64,000 bases of DNA from Selaginella moellendorffii (taxonomy: Eukaryota > Plantae > Lycopodiophyta): positions 470,657 through 534,656 of the forward strand of contig NW_003314362.1 in the NCBI RefSeq assembly GCF_000143415.4, in the 5' to 3' direction. Positions 52,569-64,000 of the stretch are shown here, piece by piece. The notes under the pieces were generated by a model. It saw only the letters and a list, made by a program, of their open reading frames with translations. It ran no database searches and was not told where the DNA came from. The position numbers were made by a program, and so were the translations under genes. How positions within the stretch are numbered: position 1 is the first letter of the stretch; each line of letters begins with the position of its first letter.

Positions 52569-52668
52569 NNNNNNNNNNNNNNNNNNNNNNNNNNNNNNNN
52601 NNNNNNNNNNNNNNNNNNNNNNNNNNNNNNNNNNNNNNNNNNNNNNNNNNNNNNNNNNNNNNNNNNNN
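52569..52668. other. Assembly gap (100 N)
   Basis: Run of N. Confidence 1.
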
Positions 52669-55600
52669 TGTTTCTACATTAATTATCATCCATTAAACAA
52701 AGTGATGATCTCAAATATATACCCTCTTCCTCACACTGCTGATATCTTGGATCATCGGAGGAGATCTTACTTATGGGTATTAGTAAGTGCCAATGGCTAA
52801 AGGAGATATTCTTAAAACTGTTTTTCATATATTGTTTGGTCTATATAAATTATGGTGATGCCATTTGGTTTGAACAATGTTCCAGCAACTTTTTAATAGA
52901 TGATGGATGAAATTCTTTATAATATGCCAAAAGTGACTGTTAACTTCATCAATGATGCCTTGATCCACTCAGAGGGGGTGTGGGAGAAACACATCTGTGA
53001 AGTTCATAAAGTGTTGGATTGGTTATGGGAAGTTGGTTTAAAGTTGAAGTAATCGAAGTGCATATTTGGGTCCAAGGAAATGACTTATTTTAGGTATTGT
53101 ATTTCTTATGAGGGTTTGTAAGTTGATCCTAACAAACTTGTGGCTGTTCTTAAGTGCTCTATTCAGAAGTGTGTGAATGATGTGCAACACTTTCTAGGCA
53201 AGGTGTAATATCTTGGTCATTTTGTTAATCATTTTTCTAATTGCATTGCACTGTTGCAAGTGTTGCTAAAATCATTAACGTTGTCTTTCATTTAATTTGT
53301 GGACTATGAGCAGGTATTTATAAATCTCAAAAATCTATTGACGATTCCTCCAATTTTGCCATATCTTAACTACACTCAGCCTTTTATTTTCTATGTGGAT
53401 GCTTTTGATATTGGTCTTAAAGGTATGTTAATGCAAAAAAGCCCGAGTGTGCTTAATCAGCGCTATCCCATTGTATATATCAACTGTACATTACAAGCAA
53501 TGGAGATGAACTACTCCACAACAAAGAATGAGTGTTTAATAGCAATTTGGGGCTTTGAGAAACTTCATGCATATCTATATGGTTCTCAGATATTACTAAA
53601 AGGTGATTATGTTGCAATTACTTCATTATTAAAGTGGAAGAACTTAGTTGGTTATACTACTTGGTAGGTTTTAAAACTTTATATATATATGATTTTGATG
53701 TTATTCATCATTCAGAGAATTCTATATATGATGCTAATGCTTTTTCTTAAGCTCCTCTTCCTTCTTTACTATTTTTTCATGTTTCTAACGAGCCTATTAT
53801 TCTAGCATTTATAGATTTTTTGGATTATAATTCCGTGCTATTGGCAGGTATTGTATTTGATGTTCAGTGTCAAGATTTACCTTCTCTTGATGAGGTTCGT
53901 GAGGCTTAAAAGATTGGATTGTGGGTTCAAAGGCTTTGCAATAGGTTTAAGAATTTTATATCACTATTGATGAATTGTCATTTTGGCATTTACATTTTCA
54001 ATATCTATTGCGAATGTGACTATGGGTATCAAAAATTACTTGTTAGCTAATCATTTCAGATATTCTTTCCTTATTATCATAACGGTAGAAGGTTAGTATT
54101 GTTGATTCCTTTTATGACCTCAGTGTTAATAAATTGGTTTTAGGATCTATACTTAATAAGATGAACATAAAGTAGGAACTCCTATGTGTTTCTCTCCTAA
54201 CTATAATGGTATTGGTTCCATATTTAAATTCATAATTCATATTTAATAAGTTTTAAATATATCCTAACTTTTGGTACTAAGGGTGAAAGTCTAAAGTGTG
54301 TATTCCTCCATGGGAGCTATGGGGGGTTTCAGATGTATAATAAAGATAATGCATAAGTCAGGCATAGTTGACCAACTTGAGGCATAATTTAACTCCCACT
54401 TTATGTGTCTATTCTTGTTTTGTGTTCAACTTGGGTGTAAACCCAAATTCCATACTATGCTAGCTAGTAGAGTATCCATATCCTTGTATTAAGCCACCAG
54501 TATGTTGAAATAGCATTAGATTTCATTTGGCTCTATTTTATGTGTTAGTTTTGGCATTAAGATGTTAAATGCTCTAAGACTGTTTTTATATTATCTTATG
54601 CTTTTGTCCCTTCACTGCTTGAGTTGAGTGCACATGAGTTACTCCATGCTTTGGTTCCTTGTAAGCTTGAGGTTTTGGCTCTACTCCATTTAATAGCCCA
54701 AGACTTTGAAACTCAGGTTTCACTCCATTATCCTTGGACATGTGGCATATGGCATGTGGCTTGAGACATGTGGCATATAGAGGGTTTAAATTCCACTTTA
54801 TAATTATCCTATGGTAAATCACTATAAGATAAAGGGTGAGAACCACGTGTGCTACAATATCGCCTTGTGAATAGTTTTCTTTATTTTGTAGGGATAAATC
54901 TTGATGATCATTTATGGCTGGTGGTACTTTCAATCTTTATTTTATGCTTTCTTCATGCCTACCATGATTCTCTTATTCTTGGTAAACATATGGGATATCT
55001 TCATGTGACTGAGAAGTTACATAAGTCCTTTTATTACCCAAAGATGCAATGTAATGTTATCCGGTATATGTGTAGATGCACTTGGTGCTAAACTCGTAAT
55101 ACTCCTCTTTTGTGCTACAGAAGGATAATTAGAGTCACTTATAATTTCCCATTCATTTGAGTTGTTGGCATTTGATATGATGAGGCCTTTTCCATGGTCG
55201 ACTGTTAGCAATGAATATGTTATTATTGCTTTTGGTTATTTAACTTGTTGAGTGGAAGTTAATGCTTTTGTTACTCGATTGAGGAAGAAGTATTTAATAA
55301 CAGTTGTAAACATAATCGTGTTTTAACATTCTTATTTGGAGTGAATTCTTTTGGCTAATGGTCTCGCATTTATAGTTGAGGCATTTCATGTTTTGATGTC
55401 TTGGTTGGGGATATGCCACACTTTCACGAGTGTTTATCATCCACAATCAAATGGTTTGGTGAAATAACTCATTTGCATTTTCAAAAGGATAATCGTGAAG
55501 TATGTGAACTTTTAGTATTTGGATTGAGATGGTTATTTGCCGTCTCTTTGGTATGCATATATTATAATGGTGCAAAGTTTTATTGGTGCTTCATAATATA

Positions 55601-55980
55601 AACTCATACATAGTCATAATCTAATACTATTAATGGAGTTGAATTTACCTTTGCGATTGTCACGAACTGTCAATGTTAAGTCTTGGGATTAATACTTGAT
55701 GAGATTTTTTCACTTATCCGAATAAAGTTTATTGAACATAGTGGGACAACAACATCACAACAACTCCCATCATTGTTCACTTATAAAGTACAAAGTGGAT
55801 GATTTAATGTTAGTCCATTTTCCCAATTTTACAATATGGGGTTTGTCTAAGGGGTTCTTTTTTTAGGGGAAGAAACTGTATTAGGTGTTGTAGCAAGTTG
55901 GACTGTAAACTTATAAAGCTTAGCATAATGTCTAACAAACTAATCTTCTACAAATTATGCATGTGTAACAGTTGAAATGC
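52669..55980 (+). mobile_element. Old Ty3/gypsy pol remnant (RT, RNase H, integrase) interrupted by a solo LTR
   Basis: VMPFGLNNVPATF, YVDAFDIGL...NYSTTKNECL, H2C2 'HMG...FYYPKM...CTWC' and YHPQSNGLV. Confidence 0.88.
54006..54856 (+). mobile_element. Nested solo LTR with perfect 5-bp TSD ATATC
   Basis: ATATC at 54001-54005 and 54857-54861. The end ...CACGTGTGCTACA is the reverse complement of the 8310 LTR end. Confidence 0.9.
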
Positions 55981-56442
55981 TTCATATAAAAAGATAAGGA
56001 AAAAATAGCATCATCTACAAATCTATTAATGCCTTTTCCTAATATTCTTCCAGATTCTGGCTCATCCACAATAAAACCTTAACTGTTTTTCATCATTCCA
56101 AGATAAGGGGATGATGTGAAGTCCAAATTTACAAATACAATGCTTTATATTAATATTAGCATAATGAGATTTTGATAATTGTTATATTGATTTCAATCTA
56201 AACCATTCCCTCTTATATATAAATTAGGGATGTTGTGTGCACATTTTTATATTCTACACTCACATCTATTTTTTTAATACTTAATTAAATTTAAAACTTA
56301 ATATTATTACATCTTTTAAAATATAAATCCTAAAGAAAATGATAAGGTTATAACCTTTAGTTTTAAATTTTAGTTTTACTTATTTATGGGAACAATTGCC
56401 AACAAAAGAATTGGTGGCCTCTGAAAAGAATTTGATAGCCAG

Positions 56443-58300
56443 TTAGAAAATACCATGGCGATGGAGGTCATTAGTGGCATTCCTCTCGGCATCTTTCATT
56501 CGCTCCGTGAAAATTCTCCACTCAAGCCTACATCTCTCTCGCACCTACGAATGCAATCACGTTGTTAAAAGCAGTCCTAGTGAAGTTAAAGGCCATACCC
56601 CTTGCCATGGTGGTTTGCCTCCTTGCACCGTTTGCCCCTGGAGCAAAAGTTTGATTGAAGAACTAAGGAGAAGATTTGAGCTTCTTTACCTGAGATCCCA
56701 AAGAAGGCACACCCTTGTGCCGTATCCATTGTGAATCTACGACTCCAATCTTCTCGTGCGCCGGCTGTATGTAACCACAAACGAAAACGTAAGAGCCTGG
56801 AAGTCAAATACACTAGAACTAACCTGTGCACATTTCTGAAGATTGAAGTCGAGGCCCCAACCGTGTACCAAATCGTTTTGTATCATATGCCACACGCATC
56901 TCCAAGCATTCCTGGAAAACACCGGAGCCATGATCTCCACAAATCTGCCAGAAACAACACTAAGAAATAGAAATCTATGTCCAAGTGAAAGCCAAGACTT
57001 ACGCAGCACAAGGTGGCTTTTCCGGACCGTCTCCGCACCATCCTGGCCTTTCCTCAGCGTCCCTGCGAGCAAAAAACATCAAGCAATGATTTTACACAAT
57101 CCAGATTTGGATTAGACGCACTTGTGAACCTCAACGTCACCCCTACGTTTTGTCATTTGCCAAGTCAAAACCCCGTCTACGGCAGGCTGCGATATTTCTA
57201 GTTGGTATCTTCTCACAAGGTCTACATATCTGCAGAAAAGAAAAACAGCAAACCATTGATCAAGCTTTGTAGCTCTTTAGCTTACTCCTGAGCATCGAAG
57301 TGTTCCAAGTCCAGATCTTCATCCCATATAAATATGAAGTCGAACAGCGCAACCACATCCGGATGCAAGAATCGTTTGGCATACCACCTAGAAAGCAACA
57401 GCAGGATGTGACAGGGCCAAGTTTTAACCCGAAGAAAGTTACCATTTCGTCTGTTTCCTAACGCTCACATGTACAGCGCGCTGAGACCACTCGTACTGAT
57501 CCCATCCATCAGTTCGTCCATCGTAGTGAAAGAGAACGACGAACCAATCCTTGTCAAACTGCAAGCGCTGAATGAGTTAATTGAACGAAAGAAACGAGCA
57601 AGGCTTACTTTTGAGACCGCTTTGTTTACCATCTCCCGCTGATCAAAACCGACTGTTACTGCCAGTAGATACTTGGGCCTGTGGACGATATCCTGCAACA
57701 AAGAGAAAGAAAAAAAAAAGCAGGTAAAGCAACTTCGTTTACTTTTATCTCAGATGGAACTGGTACGCATGCATGGAGGAGAAAAAAAAAAGGATCTGGA
57801 GCGCAGTACCTCATTTGGATCTCCCCACAATCTTCGCAACAAAAGATCCGTCTGTGGAACTATAATTCCCGGCGGTAGAGTCTCTGTACCAGAAGGCTTG
57901 ATGTTCTGGAAAAGAAGAAAAAAACCAAGCTCTGGTGAAAATGGTGATAGATCTAGAGTCGCTCTCTTACCTTGCAAAACAAGGATTTCCGGCCACACTC
58001 CTCCACCAGAGTTCTCATGGACAAAAAGAAGCCAGACTGAAAAAGAAAGAAAACGAGAAAGCTGTGAGCCAGAGTCAAAGTTCGCGAGATCAAGATGGAG
58101 AATTACCCTGGAGAAGGAGACACCGACGAAGACTCCCACCACAATCCCGCAAAAAGCCGCAATGATCAAGCGCAGCGACTCATTTCGCTTGACAAGCACG
58201 CTGCCAGGAGAAGAATGATAGATGCGAGTCATCACACACAGATCGAGAATTGGCAGCACACACGCACTTACTTGCGAGCAGTGGGGGGCATTCCGATCAT
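56443..58300 (-). CDS. DUF707 family protein, many short introns
   Basis: LPPGIIV..TDL.LRRLWGDP, RPKYLLAVTVG, WYAKRFLHPDVV, FVEIMAPVFSRNAWRCVWHMIQNDLVHGWGLD. Confidence 0.92.
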
Positions 58301-58372
58301 GCGCCCCGCGCTTTGGAATCAATTCCCAGCTCGCCAAGCTTGGAATCTCATCAGCAAATCTGACCAAGAACC

Positions 58373-60403
58373 CTAAAAGATTGCCACGTTTTTCCCTCCT
58401 CCTGGATTAAACCCTAGAGCCGGCGATGCCGACGCGAGAATGTTGGAGATCGTGACGTGCGACGAGCAATCCACCGGATCCAGCCTCAGGACTAGCTCCG
58501 CGATTCGTGACGCGCGGCCGACATCTCCCTGGCAGGAGCCGAGCAGCGATTTCCAGCCGCGGCCGCCCCCTTCTTCATCCTTATCGAGGAGAAACTCCTC
58601 GGCCTCAGCCAGGCGCCCCGATCGGCCGAGCAGATCCACAGCGCAGGCCAAGTGATCCTCCGAGGGTTGGATCCCAAAATCCGAGCTCATGGACGCCAGG
58701 AAACCCCAGCCCTTTTCCACGGCGCCAATGTGGCTACACGCGGAGAGCACGCTAACAAGCGTGACGCCGTTGGGCAGTATGCCGTCGAGCAGCATGCCGT
58801 GGAACACCTCCAGTGCTTTCCCGCCATTTCCACAGTGTGAAAACGAGGCAATGAGCGCGCTCCACACGACGACGTCGTGCCGCGGCGGCATACCGTGGAA
58901 CGTACGGATGGCCATCTCCGTGCAGCCACACCGGCCGTACATGCTTAGCAGCGCGGTACCGACGAGAATATCCCCATCGATCCCTTCTTCTTGGGTGTGG
59001 CTATGGATGACTCGGCCAAGGACGAGATTCGTGATGGAGGCGGCGGCCTCGAGCATCGCCACGAATGTCACTCGATCCGCGGGCACGCCCTCCTGGCGCA
59101 TCCGGTAGTAGAGATCGATGGCGTCGGGCGGGCGATCGTCGTCGAGGTAGCCGGTGATGATCGCGTTCCAGGAGACTACGTTCCGAATCGGCATCCGATT
59201 GAAGAGATCCCTGGCTTGATCCAGGCGCTTGTTCTGGGCGAGCGCGGCGACGATCGCGGTCCAGGAGACGACGTTCTTGCGGCAGCGCATGGATTGGAAG
59301 ACTTCCAGAGCTTCCTCCGCCATGCGACACTTGCCGTAGAGATTGATCAGCGAATTCCCCACCGCGGCATCCTCGATCTCGATCCCGCCGCTGCTCGCAA
59401 GATCGCTGTGGACCGCGATTCCCATGGCGAGATCGCCCTGATGGGCGCAAGCATCGATCGCGCTCACCACGGTCACCTCGTCCGGATAGACGCCGTCGAG
59501 ATCCATTCGCCGGAAGAGAAGGATCGCTTGCTGGGCGTGGCCGAATTGGGTGTGCGCTGTGATCATCGCGGTCCAGGAGACTTCGTTCTTCACTGGCATT
59601 CGATCGAACACCATAGCCGCCTCTTGCAAATCCCCCCTTTGGGCATATGCTGTAAGGAGCGCTGTCCACGAGACCACGCTTGGATCCTTGATCTTGTCAA
59701 AGCAATCTCTCGCGTCCTGGATGGATCCACACCTCCCATACATCGTGATGAGAACATTGCCCACCGAAACATCCGATTCCAGCCCCGATTCGTGGATCTT
59801 CATCCGCGCGATCTTGCCGTGGTAGAGAGATTTCATGCTGGAGCACGCATTCACGGCGCTGACGAACGTGATCTTGTCCGGAGAAATCCCCTCGAGATCC
59901 ATGCGCGTGAAGATCTCCAGCGCCTCCTCCGGGAGATCGTTCTGGGCATAGGCGGCGATCATCGAATTCCAAGACGCGAGGCTCCTCTGCGGCATCTTGC
60001 GGAAGAGGAGCTCCGCCTGGGCGATCTGGCTCGACTGCGCGTAGCACGCCAGCATCGCGTTCCAGGACACGACGTTTCGATCGGGCATGCGATCGAAGAG
60101 ATCCCTGGCGCGGCCAAGATCCCCTTGCTGGGCAAACACGGTAAACATGATGTTCCAGGAGAAGATGTTGCGATTCCCGGCCATGGAGGAGAAGACGCTG
60201 GATGCATCGGCGACGCTGCCGCATCGGCCATAGAGCTGGATGAGAAGATTGGCGAGATAGGTGCTGCTAGAGAGCCCGTGATCGATGATCTCGGCGTGGA
60301 GCTTCTTCGCCTGGGGCAAGCTCTTGCATTCGCGAAGAAGAGCCGCCCAGTGAGAATGATCCGTGGTGCTTGTCTCTCCATATTTCCTTCCCCCAGCTAG
60401 CAT
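58373..60403 (-). CDS. PLS-class PPR protein with a shortened E domain, no DYW
   Basis: Intronless 676-aa ORF of PPR repeats (NVVSWNAM...), ending after AVDLLGRSG...VTISNI. Confidence 0.92.
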   Translation of the reverse strand: MLAGGRKYGETSTTDHSHWAALLRECKSLPQAKKLHAEIIDHGLSSSTYLANLLIQLYGRCGSVADASSVFSSMAGNRNIFSWNIMFTVFAQQGDLGRARDLFDRMPDRNVVSWNAMLACYAQSSQIAQAELLFRKMPQRSLASWNSMIAAYAQNDLPEEALEIFTRMDLEGISPDKITFVSAVNACSSMKSLYHGKIARMKIHESGLESDVSVGNVLITMYGRCGSIQDARDCFDKIKDPSVVSWTALLTAYAQRGDLQEAAMVFDRMPVKNEVSWTAMITAHTQFGHAQQAILLFRRMDLDGVYPDEVTVVSAIDACAHQGDLAMGIAVHSDLASSGGIEIEDAAVGNSLINLYGKCRMAEEALEVFQSMRCRKNVVSWTAIVAALAQNKRLDQARDLFNRMPIRNVVSWNAIITGYLDDDRPPDAIDLYYRMRQEGVPADRVTFVAMLEAAASITNLVLGRVIHSHTQEEGIDGDILVGTALLSMYGRCGCTEMAIRTFHGMPPRHDVVVWSALIASFSHCGNGGKALEVFHGMLLDGILPNGVTLVSVLSACSHIGAVEKGWGFLASMSSDFGIQPSEDHLACAVDLLGRSGRLAEAEEFLLDKDEEGGGRGWKSLLGSCQGDVGRASRIAELVLRLDPVDCSSHVTISNILASASPALGFNPGGGKNVAIF

Positions 60404-60491
60404 TTTTATTTCCTCCTTCCAGGGCCGCTAGGGTTTATCATTTTCGTCCAGGATTTTGGGCGAGCCAGCGCCTGCGCCACTGCGTCTGGCG

Positions 60492-62677
60492 ATGCAGATC
60501 TATCCCACCAAGTCGCAGCTCGTCTCGGCGTTCTGGCGAGGTATGGATCTATGGCAGCTCGATCGATTGTCCTGTGATCAATCGGTCCGATTTCTTGCAG
60601 ACAAGTATGAAAGGGAGGCAATGCGCTACTGGGACAAGTTCTACAAGCGCAATGAGAACAGAGTAATGACTCTCTTTTCTCTCGATTCTCTCTTCTCCTC
60701 TCGCTAACAGGGCAATAGTTTTTCAAGGATCGACATTACTTGGACAAAGAATGGGGGAACTATTTCACGAACTTGGTAAGTTTCTAGTGCGTAGGTTCTC
60801 CTTTTTTTTTCTCACTCTCTTGGCATTTTTTTCTTTCTAGAATTCATCGCGTACCCCGAATGCCTCTAGCGCTGGAGTTGTGCTTGAGGTATGGAGTGAT
60901 TTACTTCATCCATTCTCGATTACTCTTTAGTAGGTTGGCTGTGGTGTAGGCAACACGATTTTTCCTTTGCTGGCGGAGTACCCCCACATATTTGTGCATG
61001 GATGCGATTTCTCTCCTCGAGCGATTGAGATTGTGAAGGTTCGGCTACTTTGGTTTCTTTCCAGTCCACTACAGGAACTTCTCTCCTTTTGGTCTTAGGC
61101 ACACAGCGACTATACCGACAGTCGGGCCAATGCTTTTGTTTGTGACGTGACATCGGAACAATTGACGGAACACATGCCTTCTTCGTCAGCTGACATTGTG
61201 ACCCTGGTAAAGTTTTTGAGCGATCAACAATGAAGTATTGAGGCTTGGTTTTCTATTTGCAGGTGTTTATGCTTTCAGCAGTATCTCCGGATCGAATGTC
61301 TGGTGTCTTGGCAAACATCAAGAGAGTGCTCAAGGTCGATAAAACTTGAAACGTGAAGTTTTTGACACAGTGCTGTGCAGCCTGGTGGACATGTTCTTTT
61401 CAGGGATTATGCTGTAGGAGATCTGTCCGAGGTGAGCGCCTGGAACTAGTTTGGCTTGGGAGACACTGATATCCTTCTTGAATGCAGGAAAGATTCAGAA
61501 AGAAGGACCAGCAGATTAGTGAGAATTTTTTCGTGCGTGGAGATGGCACGGTATGCTAACATTGATATCGATTTTTTTTTGCACGCATCTGACATGAGGC
61601 TTTAGCGCGCGTTTTATTTTTCCGAAGACTTCCTCTCCGAGCTCTTTATGAAAGAAGGCTTCGCAGTGGAGGCGCTCGACGTCGTTTGCAAGGTCGTGGA
61701 GAACCGATCCAAGGGCCTTGCTATGGACAGGTTTCACAGTGCTCTCTTTCTTTCCTACGACGATACTTGAACTTGTTCGTGTACTTCTCTTTCAGGAAAT
61801 GGATTCAAGGCGCCTTTGTTCTCAAAGAAGAACTTGGAGAAGATGCATCGTGCTCGCTAGATGGCCTGGGAGAGGACTTGTTCATAGAGGCACCAGTTCC
61901 TGAGGTTGGTTCGTAACACTCGAATCAAAAGTGGTACTATCTAGTTTCTCGTTCCAGGAGACTGCGGTCGAGCTTGGGGACTATCGTATCGTTGCAAAGT
62001 CGATATCCCGCAGCCACCAGCACACATGCAAGAGCACAGGACTAATGCTGTGGGAATCTGCCCTGGCAATGTCCCAGCTGCTGCTACGATTTCCATCTCT
62101 TCTCCGAAACAAGACCGTGCTAGAACTCGGCAGTGGATGCGTCGGCATCTGCTCGTTGCTAGCGTCGCTCTCCGCAAGCCATGTCCTCACCACGGACGCG
62201 GACACTCAAGCTCTCGACTTGCTCCAGCAAAACATCCAAGCCAACGCTCAAACTTTCCCAGTGGACAAGATATCCTGCCAGAGGCTGCAATGGGGTGACT
62301 GTGGCGAGATCTCCTCGGTTCTAGGCCGTTTCTCCGGAGGATTCGAGTTCATCTTTGGAACAGACGTGACTTACGTTGAAGAGGCGCTCCCCGCGCTGTT
62401 CGAGACCGCCAAGCAGCTGCTTTCTAGTGCTGCGAGCTCCAAGCCAAGCCTGCTGCTGTGTCATCTGACCAGGAGGATCGACGAAGCGCAGATAACTTCC
62501 AGCGCCACTAGGCATGGTTTTCTTCTCAAACGCTGGTGGCTTAGCACGGATCAAAGCCTTGCTGTCGAAGAACTTGGCATAGACGAGGGATTTCACGCAG
62601 GGACTTCCTACGTGTCCTCTCCAGTGATGTTTCTTTGGTACTCTTATAATTCTCAAGAAAATGAATTTCTCCATTGA
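60492..62677 (+). CDS. METTL2/6 (Trm140)-type tRNA m3C methyltransferase with a C-terminal Methyltransf_16-like domain, multi-exon
   Basis: YWDKFYKRNENR|FFKDRHYL, LE|VGCGVGN, LFRDYA and VRGDGT, then TGLMLWESA...VLELGSG...GTDVTY. Confidence 0.9.
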
Positions 62678-62749
62678 ATTAATTGTGTAGCCAAGATGAG
62701 TTATATGTTCTTACATATGAAAAAAATCAATGCCACAGATGTACAAATG

Positions 62750-62840
62750 TAAATGTATGTATATCTATATATATATATACATACACATATATATACATAT
62801 ATATATACATATAGACACACACACACATATATATATATAA
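62750..62840. repeat. Imperfect (AT)n/(AC)n microsatellite
   Basis: Dinucleotide runs. Confidence 0.9.
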
Positions 62841-64000
62841 AGAAAAACTAATAAAATAAATAATATATGAATAAAAAATACTATTATTTCCAAAATCCCA
62901 TATATTTGTGGTAAGACTAGTCACAAAAAAAAATTTTAAACACCATAAGACTTTTATTAAATTTGGGAAATTAATGATCCTTATCATCCAATCTTATTTA
63001 TTAATATCACTTGCTTACTCACTTGTTTATTCAATTGTCTATAAAGTTGCCTATAAGCTTACTTAAAAATTGTCTATACATGACTATTAGTTGTTTGGTC
63101 ATTAAAGCTTTTGTGTGTATTAGGTATTTGGTTTTATACATTCATCATTTTCCTCACAACAATAATGGTCCAGAACTGAAAGTGAAAAAAAGTTAATTTA
63201 TTTCTAAATGGAAGCACTGATATTATTAGAACAATGAGCAGGAAATGATTGTTAATGAGAAAACTAATTTAAATTCAAAAATTGTATCAACATAAATCTT
63301 AATGATGTTTGTGAAGGAGATTACAATATGGAAAAATATTGTGTGCATTGTATTGCTTTTCTTTTTCACACAAAAACTTAGTCTTAATATTGTCATGGTG
63401 GTCGTGTCTCTTTCACAGAAAATTTAGATTTTTTTGCACTAATTCGTGATTTACTGAAAGAAAATATCTTTGTAAAAACTTTAAGGAATATAAAAGAAAT
63501 TACAATAGTGTATTAACCTTTGCATCCATGGGTGATAATATTGAAGAGATGAGTGATGGGGGATCTTATTATTTCAAAATACATAGTTAAAGTGTATCAT
63601 TCAATTGGAAACTTTAAATAAAAGGATAGTGAAGAAGTATAGTATTCCCAGTTATATATTTTAGATTCGGTTTATTCAGTTTTCTTATTTCTCATAAAAG
63701 GTTTAAAATAGTATTAGTCTTGTTTTTATGCTCTTAATATGCTTTAAACTTATTAGCACTAAACATTATTCTAAAAACTACTCTCTCCATTACTTATATA
63801 AAGTTTTACAACTATACTATAAACTATTTAAAACTATTAAGTTAAAAAATTATTGTAATATCTAAAGGAATCACTAAAACTTTTGCTAAAAAAAATTAAG
63901 TTTTATTCTAGAATTGTTTCATATTTATTTAATTTATATTTTCCAGTGGAGCTAGAATCCCAGCTAGTATACATCTCTACTTTACAAACCCATATATTTG

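Noticed and set aside
58991-60400. 469-aa antisense ORF
   Set aside because: Shadow of the minus-strand PPR gene.
1-64000. CRISPR array, rRNA or prokaryotic defence system
   Set aside because: No repeat-spacer array or rRNA-like sequence was seen, and the DNA is spliceosomal-intron-containing plant sequence.

Overview
Eukaryotic land-plant genomic DNA. Very short introns (about 50-60 bp), tiny intergenic gaps and abundant PLS-class PPR genes point to a lycophyte such as Selaginella; this is inference, not a database result. There are three zones. (1) 1-26 kb is repeat-rich. It holds a decayed Ty3/gypsy element with both LTRs, PBS and PPT, a second truncated family member, and a near-identical 3.3-kb duplication inside a mosaic of gene fragments (PPR, F-box, tRNA-like Pol III boxes). 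It also holds a frameshifted secreted protein with a C-terminal GNA-type lectin domain and a decayed Crinkler/RHS-type P-loop NTPase. (2) 26.8-44 kb is a dense gene block: ATL RING-H2 ligase, PPR-DYW editing factor, decayed 2OG dioxygenase, glycine cleavage T protein, ELP1, SERF/4F5 (with a 61-nt AT-AC minor intron), SRP19, NTPCR-like NTPase and EME1 (with a GC-AG intron). (3) 44-64 kb has two solo LTRs with target-site duplications, a BAHD acyltransferase, a fungal-looking MFS pseudogene, an old gypsy pol remnant, a DUF707 gene, a PPR gene and a METTL2/6-type methyltransferase. The best leads are the lectin fusion, the CR-type NTPase, the fungal-type MFS, the U12 intron and the gene-fragment mosaic. 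Family calls come from motif recognition by eye; no searches were run.
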